Counted from the first letter of the stretch, positions 10,896-24,900 are shown. The stretch is 64,000 bases of DNA from Dicyema japonicum (GCA_011109175.1 RDEW01000018.1:803304-867303); one strand, 5' to 3'. Numbers and translations are program-made. Notes: generated from the letters alone by a model not told the origin.

Positions 10896-11702
10896 ATGTG
10901 TTTGTTACAGGATGATCTAATTTACAGAGGTCACTCATATTTATTAAATATTGAAAAATCTACCAATTTGGGTACATTTATTGAGAATAATTACTGCATT
11001 CCATATTATTTATGTGTCTTATATGTAATCGCTGTATTTGCTGGGAGACGTTACATGAATAGCAGACCACGTGCTAATCTGCGGTCATTACTTTTCATTT
11101 GGAATCTAATATTGGCTGTTTTCAGTATAATTGGTACTCTTCGTACATTCTCTGAGTTTGCATTCATTTACAAGAAGACCGGTTTTATTGGGACCATCAC
11201 TTATTCCTCCAATTCCCAGTACACCACAGGATTCTGGACTTGTTTGTTTGTTTATTCTAAAATATTTGAATTTGGTGATACATTCTTTGTGGTGGCTAGG
11301 AAACAGAGACTTGAATTTTTGCATTGGTATCACCATGCCTCAGTATTGATTCTATCCTGGCATAGTTTTTACTACTGCATTTCCATGGGGAGATGGTTTT
11401 GCTTTATGAATTTCTCAGTCCATGCCGTCATGTACAGTTATTATGCTATTAAATCACTGAGGATTACTGTTCCTGTCTTTATTAGTCAGTCTATTACAAT
11501 CATTCAGACTCTTCAAATGATCATTGGATTGATAATCTCTCTAGTTTATTATGCCTGTGTACATTATAAGATTATTCCTTGTAATAATTCATTCCACAAT
11601 TTATTGCCTAGCTTGATTTACTTGTCCTATTTTATTCTATTTATGGATTTCTACCGTCGTGCCTACCTTACCAAGTCTATTAATATGAAAAAGACTAATT
11701 AA
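10896..11702 (+). CDS. ELOVL6: Very-long-chain fatty acid elongase, ELOVL3/6 type, intronless
   Basis: 268-aa ORF with SKIFEFGDT, FLHWYHH, MNFSVHAVMYSYY and TIIQTLQM motifs and a C-terminal KKTN ER-retrieval-like end. Confidence 0.9.
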   Translation: MCLLQDDLIYRGHSYLLNIEKSTNLGTFIENNYCIPYYLCVLYVIAVFAGRRYMNSRPRANLRSLLFIWNLILAVFSIIGTLRTFSEFAFIYKKTGFIGTITYSSNSQYTTGFWTCLFVYSKIFEFGDTFFVVARKQRLEFLHWYHHASVLILSWHSFYYCISMGRWFCFMNFSVHAVMYSYYAIKSLRITVPVFISQSITIIQTLQMIIGLIISLVYYACVHYKIIPCNNSFHNLLPSLIYLSYFILFMDFYRRAYLTKSINMKKTN

Positions 11703-11829
11703 TATTTCATGGCTTTTTGTTATTAATTTTTGTTAGTTTATAGGTCACTATGGTTTTTTATACATTGTTGTTAGTTTACAGGTTACTACAATCCTCATTT
11801 CTTAGAATGCTTTATTGCTAAAATAAAAA

Positions 11830-12200
11830 AGACAATGTCATCAGCATAAACAAGTGAGAGGCGTAATTTGACTGAGATTGGTGTTCTATATTACTCCACT
11901 CATTGTCAGTACACGTTTTGGGAGTTTTCGAGGTATCTGATAAGGATTTTGAAATATATATAAGGGCTCATTTGGAGGTTAGCTAGCCTTCGGGAGACCG
12001 GTGATACTGTTGGTAGCTATTTTGATGGTAGATAACTTTTGTAAGGAAAAGTGTAATTTTTTATACACTTCCTTATTTCGTTAAGGTTATTTGCTGATTT
12101 TAGGGGAAAAGTAATTATCGACCGTCTACAAAAGTCCTCAATTTATTTTTGGTTAAAAAAGGTCCTCCATAACAAGGCTGCACGATGTAACCTCATTTGT
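11830..12200 (-). mobile_element. Degraded LINE RT/3' fragment
   Basis: Minus strand LSLVYADDI near 11850; rest resembles 40380-40560. Confidence 0.45.
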
Positions 12201-12202
12201 TT

Positions 12203-12290
12203 ATTAATAGCCCCGGGTACATCCAATTTCCACTGCTACAAAAACAGAGTACATCCGGAACCAGCATAAGGTGAAAGACGTCTTATGAAG
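12203..12290 (-). mobile_element. SINE2 3' fragment
   Basis: Near-identical to 720-790 (tccaatttccactgctacaaaaacagagtacatccggaaccagcataa). Confidence 0.55.
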
Positions 12291-12299
12291 TATATAATT

Positions 12300-12712
12300 A
12301 TTTATTAAACAGAGTTATCTTGTGGAGAGGCACATACAATTGCCGAAAATTTTATTAAACCATGTTCAAAAAAGACCATCGAGTGTATTTATGGCGAACA
12401 AATGTCTAAGAAACTGGATCTATTTCAAGGCGAATTCAGGAACTTTCGGGAAATATTGAAACGAGTTACTAATTCGTTTGAATAATTGTAATGGTTTTGG
12501 TATTCAAATTGATGAGTTAAATGGAATCCAATCATACATCATTACTTTTCCATACAGAAGTAAGACGTGGAAGGGCGCTGCAACGTTTGTTTGAATTACG
12601 AAACGAGCTTGTTGTGTTTCTCAAGAATCGTAATTTTCCGATTTACAAAAATTTGGAAAACAATCTTTGGTTACAGAGAATTGCATATTTGGTTTCAATT
12701 TATAAAAATGTT
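12300..12712 (+). mobile_element. hAT (Buster/ZBED-like) transposase remnant
   Basis: HTIAENFIKPC, FGIQIDE and LLFHTEVR..RGRALQRLFELRNE...WLQRIAYL are Buster-type motifs; internally deleted. Confidence 0.7.
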
Positions 12713-12714
12713 CC

Positions 12715-15650
12715 CACTTTGAGGAAAAAGGTACCAGCCAAGTCAACTGAGATGTGCTTGTCTTGTCAGATTGTCATAACTCGGAAGCGTGGGATCTCCT
12801 GTCTGCTTGTGAAGATTTTTTCCACTTCGGGTGTATCAAGCTATCCCGAGCCGCATCGAGCGTGCTTGGAATATGACACTACCAGTCAAGCCTCGGCCTA
12901 TGCAAGGGGGTTTCCCGTGCCAGCACAAATGTTAACTCTCCCATTAATTACTCATCAAGCACGGACCCCGAAACATTCCTACGCCTCATCTTTGAATTAC
13001 GTTCTTCACGGACTATCCCTGTGAGGATTCCAAGGTCGTACGACCTATCGCTGCTGAAGCCCTTTCAAAATGATCGAAGATGCCCTTCGGACTAACGCAG
13101 TACAGGATTGGGTGTGCTTATTCAGTTTTGCGCCTTCCGCACTGGGACTTGATCGAGATGGTCACGGAAAGGAGTCTCTCGCTACTACCATGAGGACCAA
13201 CATTCGTTTTTTTTGGGAGGCATTCACATCCCCAGTTCCCCCATGGCTTTTAACTGTACGAAAGAGACACGTGGTCATAGCGAGGAAGTCGAAGTGCTCC
13301 GTCTCAAGAGAATTATCCGTTTGAAGTTAATCGAAGGTGGCACCCGCGCAGCCATCAGCACTTTCTCGAGTGGACCACGAAAACCGACTCACGACGCCTA
13401 CAATATTTTACTGAACAAGCATCCACTGCCACCCCAAAACCTAAGCCAAGTCGCTCCCCATCCGGAGTGAGTCCCCTGATTACATCAAACGATGAAGTTC
13501 TCCTCGCAATACGGAATTTTGCCCCTAGTAGCAGTGGCGGGCTCGACGGAATGAGACCTGGCTACCTGAATGACCTCTTTGTCCGTAGGAGACCAGGGAC
13601 TTCGTCTTACGAATTCAATTACTTCACTTATGAATCGGATCATGTCTGGAGTTCTTCCCGAAGTTATCCGCCATATCCTGGTCTCCGCCAATTTGATAGC
13701 CTTTGATAAGAAGGGAGGCGGAGTACGACCAGTTGCGGTCAGGTTTGTCTTCAGAAGACTGGCTGCTAAAATTGCCTCCAGACATTCTATTCAATCCTTG
13801 AACCTCCCTCAAGTAGGCGTCGGTATTCATTTGGGATGCGAGGCCGCTGTCCATTCAGTGAGGACATTCATAAACCACAGTATAGAAGATTCCCGGGGAC
13901 ATGTCCTGGTCAAACTGGACATCAAGAACGCCTTCAATAGTCTAAGGAGGGATAATATCCTGGAGGCGTATGTTGAAAGATGCCCTAATATTTTCGATTT
14001 TGTGAATCAGTCATACAGCTACCTTCATCTTTACTTTACGGGACTACCTAATCCATTTGTATTTTTGAGTGCAACAGGAGATCCCTTAGACTTTATTGTT
14101 TTGTCTTGCAATGGAGAAAATCACCAAACTTTCGAGCTCGCCCTCAACCTATGGTATCTGGATGATGCGGATACTGTTTTCCGGGATTTGGAAGTGATAA
14201 TTCCAGCTGTTGGAGCTGGACTGGAATTAAATTACACTAAATGCGAAATCTACAATTGCCGACTTTCAGAGAAGTATTCAAAAGCTTTGTCATGTTTCGA
14301 AATTTACTGCCTGGAAGTATTTCCACACCCGATGAAGAACTTATATTCCTCGGATCCCCGATCACCATAAATGCAATGGGAAGAGCTATACGTGAAAAAC
14401 AACTGTCACTAGGAAGACTCTGAACCGCTGTGTCTAGTTGACATATGCATACAGCATTATTCCTCCTGAAAAACAGTTTCAACGTACAGAGGCTTGCATA
14501 TGTCCTGAGGACTGCTGCTTATTTCACTCTGTATGACCAACTCTCAAAGATTAACGAGATTTTCCGTACGACAGCAGAACGTATCTTCAACGTCTGGTTC
14601 AAGGATTACTTATGGAAGCAAGCCACGCTGCCAGTGAGACTTGGAGGACTTGGAATTCGAACCCTATGGACCTTTCTTTCCTTTCATACCTATCATCGCT
14701 AGTGGGCTGTAGCTCCCATGTCAAAAGGATTCTACACTCCTTACCAGAATTCTTAATTGACCAAGACATAACCCACGCACGAGAAGCCTGGAATGCCATC
14801 AACCTCCCCCTGCCTCCTTCACAAGACTGCCAGCGAAACCTGGACAATTTATTGTCCTGGAAATCATTTGGACTCTTAATGGAATCAGCCAATCAGCACC
14901 GACGCGCTTGTTTGCTTTCAGGGGCTTCCCCTGAGAGCGGAGCTTGGCTAAACGCCATCCCAAATGGAGCTCTGGGAACCTTTCTGGTTAATGAATGCGT
15001 TAGAAGTAGTATCTCTCTGCGGCTGGGACTGAAAGTACGTGTACCTCACCCGTGCCGATGTGGTATCCTGATAGACTGTTATGGCATGCACTTTCTCACC
15101 TGCAAAAGGAGGGCTGGAAGATTTCCAAGGCACAAGGTCTCTGAATGAGATTGTCAAACGGGCTATGGATGCTGCTGGATATTCGGCCATTCTTGAACCG
15201 GTCGGGTTATGCAGAAGTGACGGGAAACGACCGGACGGAATGACGACATTTATTTTCAAGAGCGGGAAACCACTTGTTTGGGACGTGACATGTACAGACA
15301 CGTTTACCCCAAACAATCTTCACGAGTGCGCTTCAAGGTCCTGCTCTGCAGCCGTCAAGGCGGAAAAGGCCAAACTCGAAAAATACGACGGCCTTCCGAT
15401 AATGTCCTATTTGTTCCGCTTGCTATGGAGACTTCCGGATCCTACTCCCCCTCTACACTAGAGTTTTTCGGACGTCTTGGAAACCGGATCACCTCATCCA
15501 CTAGAGATCTTCGCGAACGCCGCTGGCTGTTTGAGCGAATTTCGCTTGAAATTCTGAGAGGGAGCAGTCACACAGTGAGGGCGGCAGCTAATTGATGTTT
15601 TGTCCTTTTTTTATTTGATTTAATAAAATATTTTTGCAAAATTTATGAAA
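12715..15650 (+). mobile_element. CRE-clade RLE non-LTR retrotransposon with N-terminal PHD finger, degraded
   Basis: PHD-like CLSC...CLL(C)...HFGC; RT motifs GGVRPVAV, GCEA, LDIKNAFN, WYLDD; CCHC CRCG...H..TC; RLE DGKRPDG, VWDVT, KLEKY, ERISLEILRG. Confidence 0.85.
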
Positions 15651-15976
15651 AACTGAATAAATTTACATTATATTGATTGATTTTCCGTTTTGCAAGAGTA
15701 TCTCGAGAGTATGAACGATACATTTCTTCAGGGAATATGGGAATATAAGATCATTTGGTAATTTTGGACGATAACATTGCGAAATATTTTCAGGGAAAAT
15801 TTGATGACGATTGGGTTCGAAATCCAAAGTTAAAGTAATACCAGCAAATCTAACATCAATTGAATATGAAAATCTTATTAGCATCAAAATCAACGTCAAA
15901 TCAGATATATAAAAATGAATCCTTTTTTAATTAATGGAGAGCATACATTTCAAAATATCCTGATATTTCAGAATAG

Positions 15977-16096
<120 letters not shown>

Positions 16097-16689
16097 TAAC
16101 GCATAACGTTACACAACTATGCGATGATAAAAAATTACCTCAATTTTCACATTACAATTGTTTTTGGTTATTACTATTATGTTTTAAGTGAAATTGTAAT
16201 GATTGAATTGGAAGGGTTCCGCGAGCACTTTAAGGTTGAGTTAAACCACTGGCATAAATAATATGATGAATCTTTCAGATCACTGGGATCGAGATCATTG
16301 TGTGCTTAATGTTTGCAGGACATAATTGAGATTTTGCTGTCTACGCCAGGTAGCTACGTCAATAAAGCATTTGACAAAACAGAATTACCACCTTCCACTC
16401 TCGACCATCTTATCCGCAAAAATGGAAAGGGCTTCTTAGTCCTTCGAAAACTGAAGTGTTTACCACATTCCACCCCTAAAAGCAAAAATAAAAAATACAT
16501 CACACGGAGGAATATATGGGAAACACTCCCTCCCCGCCCGTAGCTGTGCTGGTTCAAAAGTCCAACATCGGGAAAATTTGAGAAGCTTCTTCAGAGTTTA
16601 CCTAATTAATTAATTCCTTTAATTAACTGCTGGTGATTTTGGGATATAAAATCAAAATTTAATTTTTTAGGTTAAAATGTTTTATTGAT

Positions 16690-17000
16690 TTAATTATTAA
16701 CCCCAGACTTACATTCTTTGGTAAGCCCAACAAAAACAATCACAGCTAATCAATCCAAGGAAGGAACCCTATGAAGTACTTCTGTTTGTGCCGACCAAAT
16801 CTATCCTCCAATAGTCTATTACAGGCTTCCGAAGAAAGGTGGAGAAGTAGGTCCGCCCTCTTCCAATTTCTTCGCAAGTCCTACCGTCACGGACATGGAA
16901 TATCTTCAGTGGATTTGGATAGGGAAAAAGGTAGTAAGATCTCTTTCAACAACTGTGTCGTGCAGAAGTCGTCGCCTCAGGGTGGGATCTGTTTTTAACG
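16690..17000 (-). mobile_element. LINE family B 3' end
   Basis: Homologous to 40560-40840 and 34150-34275 (LLEDRFGRHKQ...GFLPW); ends ggggttaataa. Confidence 0.6.
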
Positions 17001-17049
17001 AGAATTGATTTTTAATTATTACATTTAAAAAATAAATTTAAAGATCAGT

Positions 17050-18420
17050 CTACACCAACTTCATACACATTTTGCACGATTCGACTCCAAGTCAAGAAAA
17101 ATCCCTAATAATCCGCTTAAAATAATGTTTAGTCAGGTCTATTTGAAAAAAAAGGCTTTGGAAAAAAGTAGGAACAGCGGTATCTGTTAGAGGACTCGAG
17201 AATGTTTTAAAATTATTTTTGCAAACATTGCTTAGAGTCCGTCGCAGGTCCGGAGATAAATGAAGTACAACTAAGAACGATTCCAGATCTTCTATGGATG
17301 ACCGACTTTTGTCAGAAAAAAAAATTGTAGTATAGAATCTTCCGGACCATGGCATCGGAGACAGCATAAACGAAAAGTTTGCGGGCAGAGAAACATTAAG
17401 AGAGGTTAAAATCCAAATGTGAAAGACAGTTTGGCATATTTCCATTAAACGCTGTAGAAACGAACGTTACAAATGTGATCGGTCTCTTAGCGGAAGAGTC
17501 AATATGTGAGAGAGAAGAAATTGAAGCCATTCTGAAGATATAAGAAATCTCTAAATTAATGACCTGTTATTTAGGAGGAACAGAATGGTATGATGATCGA
17601 GGGTACAGATGATTTTTTTGATGGCCAAAAAGAAGAGGAATGATTCGAGAGGGTTTCCCTGCTAGAGTATGGAGGACGAAAATATTCAATATTCTTCGAA
17701 AAGATTGGACTGGGGTCCATACTACTTGTTTTTTCAGCCATAAATTATAGAAACATTTCTTATACAAGTTTCCAAAATGAAATCTCTTTTAATACTACTC
17801 AAAGTGTTCTTGATGTCGATAACATTTTAAGTTTCTTATCTATAAGATTTTTGCTATATAGACTGCCAAGTCTATTTTATAAAAGGTTTCGGTATCTTTT
17901 GGAGTACTAGCCTTACTCCAACTTCGATTTAGAAATGTACAACCAGGGGGTACATACCTTATGCAGAAGATCCTAGCATCTAACCTCTTGAAAATAAAAC
18001 TGACAATGATCGGACGATTCCACCTCCCTTCTTATCATAAAATAGTTGATTGGGAGGAAACAGGACGTGAAAGATGCCTCGAGGTGATAGAAGATATAAT
18101 AAGGACAGCTGGATCTCAAAGGGTCTTCAAATGCTCAGGTTTTATTCTATTCAGGCAACCGTTGCCCCCTGGGGGAAAATTCGAATCATCAAAAATACTT
18201 CATCGTTCGAGGCGGTTACGGAGTTCACTTTGAGAGACAATGGAATATTTCCCAGATTGTAAGGGGATGGTGGTTGTTTGTCCAACAACACATTGAAGGT
18301 GTCTAATGATGAGTTGTGTAGTTCTTTTGTAAAAAGCACATTAGAGAAGCACGGCATCCCCATTCTAATAATTTGGCGCTCTCTTGAGGGAAGAACATCA
18401 ACATTCTCGTTCTAACCTCT
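17050..18420 (+). mobile_element. Heavily degraded LINE (ORF1-like and RT remnants)
   Basis: EKKIVV.NLPD ORF1-like motif, FLIYKILLYRLPSLF and YAED remnants; many stops. Confidence 0.4.
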
Positions 18421-18439
18421 ATTCCTGACTCTCGTATAT

Positions 18440-18665
18440 GATTACGGGAAGTTGAGTAGTCGTAAAAATCAGTGCTTTCCAGGAAGGATCGAATGCAGTT
18501 TCATGTAAATTATTAAATAATAAATTATTACGAAAACAAGACAATCAAAATAATCCAGCTGATATAATGGAATGACTGTTCTTCTGACAACTGCCAGATA
18601 AATCCTTTGAAACAACCATTCGGTTTCCCGACGCTCGTTTCTGACTTTAGAAATCATTGACTCAA
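18440..18665 (-). mobile_element. CRE 3'-end fragment
   Basis: RRETEWLFQRIYLAVVR matches the RLE C-terminus ERISLAIVRG. Confidence 0.6.
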
Positions 18666-18903
18666 TCGATCTTAAAAGAGACCGTTTGAACTATATTATT
18701 CTGTATTTCTTTGAATAGTCTTGTTAAAGAAAATTTCTTTGAAGGAGTTATAAATATTATGGCTTTCGTGAGAAAGGTTATTAAGAAAAACTGAGCTGAC
18801 GTCGATTGAACCTACACGGATTGATGAAAAGCGGAAGGATACTGAGGATATTGATCGTAGACGGAAAGCATGTATTTAATTGTTAATTATAGTTAAGGTT
18901 ATT

Positions 18904-21900
18904 TTAAATTTCAATTTGTTTATAAGTAGGTTTACGATAAAATCTTAATTGTGCACTCTTATCTGATGGTTTAAAGGGTTGATGTCTTCCAAAGGGTTTA
19001 GGAACTGGTATTTCTTCAGTCGTATTAGGTATATAAGCATTTGGTCGTTGTAGTGCAGTAGTATATGTACCATCTGGGAGAATGTGTATATTATCCTCCA
19101 TTTCAATCTAAATAATAATAATTATAAACATATTGCTTTTCTAATCTGTCCTTCTTTAATCTTGATTCCCGTTCTTGTATCTTTAATCTCTCAACCTCTA
19201 TTTCATTGGATGGTGGTAGTCCCTCATTAATAACCATAATATTAATACTTGCTCTATTCTCTGCTGGAATTGATCCAATTGAGTCTCCTTTTCTATGAGT
19301 TCTTGCTTATATATTGTTGTCTTTGCAATGTTCATGGCCAATTCTGAGACAGTTGCCATTAATTTACGAGTTTTCTTGAAAATTTTATGTTTAAATGTGT
19401 TTATCTATAAATAATCATTAAAGTAACAGTTTTCGCCAATTCTAATGCTGATTCTTTACTATTTTCCACAGTTGTCGAGGTCTCCATGATATATTGGTCG
19501 ATTCTTTCCACCATAAAATTCTTTTCTAATAAAAGTTCCTCTTTGACCATAACACGACTTTCTAACTGTAAATATAAACAAAGTAATACATTGCTGTGTT
19601 TGCATTTATCCTGTCCCTTTATCATTTTAATTCTTTCGTCTTGTTTATTAATTATTTCAATATATTTTTGAGATTCCACAATCTAATAATTATTATAATA
19701 TTACTTGACGATTGAGGATATCACGTTGTTTTTGTAGTTGAATCTGTTTGGGGATTTTATTACGTAAAATGTCCAAATTTCTAATTTCGTTTTTCTTGAT
19801 TAAATTAAGATAATTAATGTCATTGATAAGCTGTGTGAACTGTTCATTAGCATTAATTATGACATTGTCTAGTAATAAATACAACTATTGCCTTGAACAT
19901 TATACTTTTCTTGAAAAATACACAATTCCCCATTTCTTTCAATAAGGCTAACTCCTCTAATGTTAAGTGAATAATTAACTTTATATTACGAAGACGCACA
20001 ACTTTTTCATAATTACTTCGAATATGCACTAATTTGGTTTCAATATTATTTATTTCTTTATTTAGTTTATTTAAATTTGTTTGTTTTTCAAGTTTAATGT
20101 CTTCAAGTGATGAAATTGCTTTCTTTTGGATCCAAATCTCTGATCTGATTGAATCTCTGTTTGTAACGTTTGAGTTTGATTTTACTTTTAATTTTTGTAA
20201 ATGTCTTTGTTTGATTATAAAGTAAACTTTTCATGTTGTAATAAAGTCGTACGTAGAATGCCATATTCATTGTTCATAATTAGTATTTTATCCCTCATTT
20301 CCAGTACTCTCTGAGTTACATTTTGAATCAATCCAACACATTTATTTCTTTCCGTTTCAACACCTTCATACACCTTTGAGAAAACCTTTAGTCTAAAATT
20401 ATTATATTGATTACTTATTCTTTATAATTACATGCTTTCTTCTAATATCATCAAGACAGAGTCTTTTTACTTTGTTTTCATCAACTATTTGTTTGTATCG
20501 AACTCCTGACTTTATCAAATCCTTTGCCTTTAATTCTCTCTCAGAATCCTTCATTTTCAATAATCAAATACATTTGTTACGGCCAGTCTCGCCAGTTCTA
20601 CTACTTCTACTTTTAGGTTGTTTACAATATTAATCAGACTTTCAATCTCATTTACTAAATTCTCTACTTTTACATCCTCAGTTGAGATGACGTAATTCTA
20701 TTCAATAAAACTTATCAACTTTATCAGATATCATATTTCGTGTAATCTCACATTCTTCTTCAATCAATCTTTTACGTTTATTAAAAAATCCATCATTTTG
20801 GTGAACTAGAGAGTGCTACTATTATCACTAATATAACCTGTTCTTTAACTCTGCTGTATATTTCCATCAAATTATCCTTTTTGTCCTTTGCAATACGAAT
20901 TTCTAATAAAATTCTCTTCAATTCTTTATTCGTTTTTATGTACGCACTTTCTTCATCACTTATTTTAAATGTCAGTTTTGATAACTTTTCTGACATTTCC
21001 TTAACTTGTACATCAAAGTCTTGTCTGTTTTATTATATGTGTTACCCTTTATCCTTTAAATCATGCTCTTCCTGTTCATTGTATTCTATCCTCTTCTGCA
21101 TAGAACTCAGACTTTGTTGATGTGTCTCATATATTGCTTTTTGTCGTTCAATTAAAGTAACCAAATTATTCCTCTCGGAATCAATCTCCTCTAATCCACT
21201 TTTTAGTAAATCACATTCATTCATATATTCTACTAATTTATTATTAGTATTCTCTAAAATATCCTCTTTATTTCTAAAATAATTCATTTATTTACGATAT
21301 ATCTCTGCTAAGTCTCTCATTTACTTTAACCACATTATTTTTATCACTTTTAATATCAACAATTTTAATCTACAATCATTATAAATCATACAATAACACT
21401 TTCCTTTTTATTATTCTGTTTCTCCATTTCCTTACTCAATTCACTCATTCCTACTCTCTGTCTCTCAATGTTCTCCTTTACTGACTCCATTTCTGACTCT
21501 TTGTCTAATATTTCACCTTCCACGCTTTCACAATCCTTTTTTAGATTCTTTATAATTTTGTCCAATTCCTATTAATGCTTATTCGTCACTAACATTGGCT
21601 TTTGGCATTCTCTCGTACTCCCTCAACAAAATCTTCTTTTCTTCCTCCAAACTAGCAAATTATTTAATAAATATACGATTCTATTTTATATTCCAGTTCA
21701 TAGAGGTTCTCCTTTATTATTTGTGTTTTATTTCGAAAGGTCAATAGTTGTTTCCTCAATTGAAGACTCTCAGTGTTTATTACATCAGGAAAGTCCTCAT
21801 ATTTCTCCAAATTCATAATATTTTCCTCAATTTTATCATTGTAATGACGAATATTCTTTAATAAACGTGCTTCATTATTTCTCGTTCTTACAAATTACAA

Positions 21901-22116
21901 TAATAAATACGCTTCCAAAACATCCTTTATTTTTGAGTATTTTGTCTTTAATTTGGCAACCTGTGTCGATGTGATTGTACCACTTAAATTAAGCTACATT
22001 GTATTAATATTTACTTCATCAAGCATTTGAAACACTGGCAAACATGATATTCCCCCAGAAGTGTTCTCATAGGCAGTTGGAGTCGGTGGAACTGACATTA
22101 AGTAGTCTTCCTCCAT
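18904..22116 (-). CDS. CCDC146: Coiled-coil domain-containing protein 146 (ciliary, MBO2 orthologue), many 21-26-nt introns
   Basis: C-terminus TTALQRPNAYIP...PVPKPFGRHQPFKPSDKSAQLRFYRKPTYKQIEI is diagnostic; internal KVFSKVYEGVETERNK and GVSLIERNGELCIF align; includes one GC-AG intron (19869-19891) and one candidate GT-TG intron (20558-20580). Confidence 0.85.
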
Positions 22117-22269
22117 TTTATTAATTCACAAATTAACGTCTTGGTAACCTCCGATATGATTTTGTTGTCTTGGTAACTTTTTATTTAAAATATTTTACTG
22201 ATATTCAACGAAATTACTAATTTTATTATAGACTTTCTCGGTACTTGGAGGACGTTAAAGATAATAGTT

Positions 22270-22520
22270 TTAAATCCATGAATTAAGTAATCCCAACACA
22301 AAACAGCAGTGATTTCATTTTGGCAGTGATCCTCTCTGGAGGCAACACACCACGTACTGGGTGGAGAGCAGATCGATAAGACGAATATTCAGCACTATCT
22401 TTTTGAATTAGTTAGTCCATAGATGTCAGAGTTGTTTTTTTAGAAATTTACCGTTTTGACACAACGTATTCTGGATCATTGTTCTTGGTTGAAGGTTCTG
22501 CTGGAACGCGTCAGGATCGA
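22270..22520 (-). mobile_element. Family A LINE 3' fragment
   Basis: Ends REDHCQNEITAVLCWDYLIH, like MEDHRRRMAQLIAEDWDHL at about 52280-52340. Confidence 0.5.
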
Positions 22521-22749
22521 AGAATTAGCTATTTTTGTTTATCCTCAGTTTTTGGAATAATTTTATTTATTATTATTATTATCACGGTCACAGGAACTGA
22601 AATTTTTGTGCTACAGCAGATAATATTTTACAGGCACTACCGATTACCGAGCACTACTTACCAGAGCAGAACGATTAAAGACAAAATTTAATTTAAAATT
22701 AAGATTATGTAAAAATTATTGATCTTTAATTATTTTTTGATACGTTTCA

Positions 22750-24500
22750 TTTGACGAGAAGCATGATTGTCATTACAATTTTCATCATTTAGTGATCCTT
22801 CACAATCTAAAAAATTTGTATTAATCTCACTGAAACAACCTATATCTGTAGTAATCTCATCGACTACCGTGTTTTCAAATAAGATGCTGTTGAATCATTT
22901 GTTGAAGCGATCACATAATGCCATTACATGGGAATTTTTAAAGTGAGATGCCATTTGAAAGATTCATTTTTTAATTAAACCTATAATTTATTTGATAACA
23001 AAGTCCTATCTTTTTAGATAAACCAGGTTTATTTGAAATCTTTCATTCGGCTGAGATGCTATAATGTGATTATCAAGATCTATTTGCTTCAGTGGTGTCG
23101 AAAAACGACAAATATCACATTCTGACATCACTTTCAGAATAATTTCTCTTTTCACGAAAAATATCTTTGATTGCAATACTCTTCCAATACTTTAGGTGGG
23201 TTCAAGAATTGTGTGGTGAGTGGAATAAAATGTCCGGAAGCAATTTTTGCAGCCACTACAACGAGCGAAAACATGTTTGAAAAAGTCGAACAGATTTTGA
23301 TTTGAGTAAACTCATGTTTATATATTCATTATAGTCATCCATTTTGATTTGTTAGTGCGGCCAACATGTATTCTCAAATTATCTTATCCTGGAGCTCTTG
23401 TGTTTGACAAGTTTGTTCTAAGGCATCGGTTTGACATTGAAGAAGCGTAGTTCTTTGCATTCTGATTGAAAAATCTTCCATAATGAGGTTAAATGATGTC
23501 ATAGTGTAGAGAATATGGCCAGAAAGTCGCCAGAGAGATTTTATCACTTCTTCGTTTATTGTCACGCATTTAAATAGCTCGTAAAGAGTTTTGTTTTTTA
23601 AGTTTTTCGGCTGCAGATTCTTACTATTTTTCTCAGCTGATTTTTGCAGTATCCATAAAGTCCCTTAAGTTCGTCTTTTCCTACCCTTCTATAATTCGAC
23701 GTTTCCCACATTCGTACGTTATACAATAGAATTGGTTTTACGACCCATTAAATAACTTTATCCAGAGAATCAAACAACGTGCATTTTACTTGTCCAATTA
23801 CGTTCCTATATGAACAAAATCAGACAATCGTCCTCCCCACTTTTCCCATAATGTCTTATTGACAAACAAAAGACTTCTTGTCAGTTTGCACAGAACAAAA
23901 TACACCTGTTGATTTCTAGAAGCGTCCGCTCTTGTATGTGACGTTCCTGTTAGCCACCGGTTTCCTTCATTCGAAGGGACTGGGAATAAAATAAATAGAT
24001 CTCCCAGAAGTTAGTCAAGCATTTTTATGAACCTCCATTTTTCATCAACCCGCGTAACCACCAATCAATCTCAGCTTAGTTCAGTTGTAAATTTTCAATG
24101 ACCATAATTAAAAATATGGATTAATCCACAGCTGAATTAAGTAACCCACATTGTCAGACACAAAATCTATGTAGTCCTCAAAGACTAGTTCAATTAGATA
24201 TTCGATTAAGTAACCCAATCGTTCCGAACGTCCCTCAAAACATCTTCAAAAAGAGAACCTGCAAAAGTGAATCACCCTGAGAAGTACCAATAACGGCAGC
24301 GAATGTTTCCAAATAACCCCATATTCGCCTTTAGACAAGTATCTACCAGGAAAACTCGTATAATCCTTAGACATTCTTTGAAGGAATTAATTCATAGTCT
24401 CATCAAGGTTATGTCAGTGTCAGAATAATTTCTGGATAATTGAGGGTTTTGTAATCTTATTGAGTAAAATTTGATTAATTGTCCTCCAAAATAACTTAAT
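22750..24500 (-). mobile_element. Degraded LINE RT pseudogene
   Basis: SQGDSL and LFDSLDKVI..VVKPILLYNVRMW remnants on the minus strand; many stops and shifts. Confidence 0.45.
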
Positions 24501-24639
24501 TTTTTATAAATTAAAATCTTTTGGTGTCTCACATGAAGAATGTCTATTTTCACCATTATATCTAATTATTTCTTTTTCTGCTTGCAAGTTAGACATGTGT
24601 AAAAAACAATATGCGAGGTCCTGTTATGATTTTTATTTA

Positions 24640-24900
24640 TTTAAACTCTAAGAACAATAAGAAAGGTTAAACTCATTAATTAAGTGATCCCAGCCTCCAT
24701 TCTCCCAAGCTCTCCTTGAATACTCCGCCAGCGACCCATCTGACCTCCAGAAGTGCCTTCTTTTGTGTCTGTAGAAGAATTCTATTGAGGTGCACTTCTT
24801 TATGGTCGATCGGAATTCCTCTGCATGGACCATCCTTTCATTGAATGGGTTTCCTAGATGGAGAACGTAGGAAACTCGAGGAAAGGGCAAATCTCCAGAC
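24640..24900 (-). mobile_element. Family A LINE 5'-truncated 3' end
   Basis: ORF ending GGWDHLINEF; homologous to 26060-26400. Confidence 0.7.
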
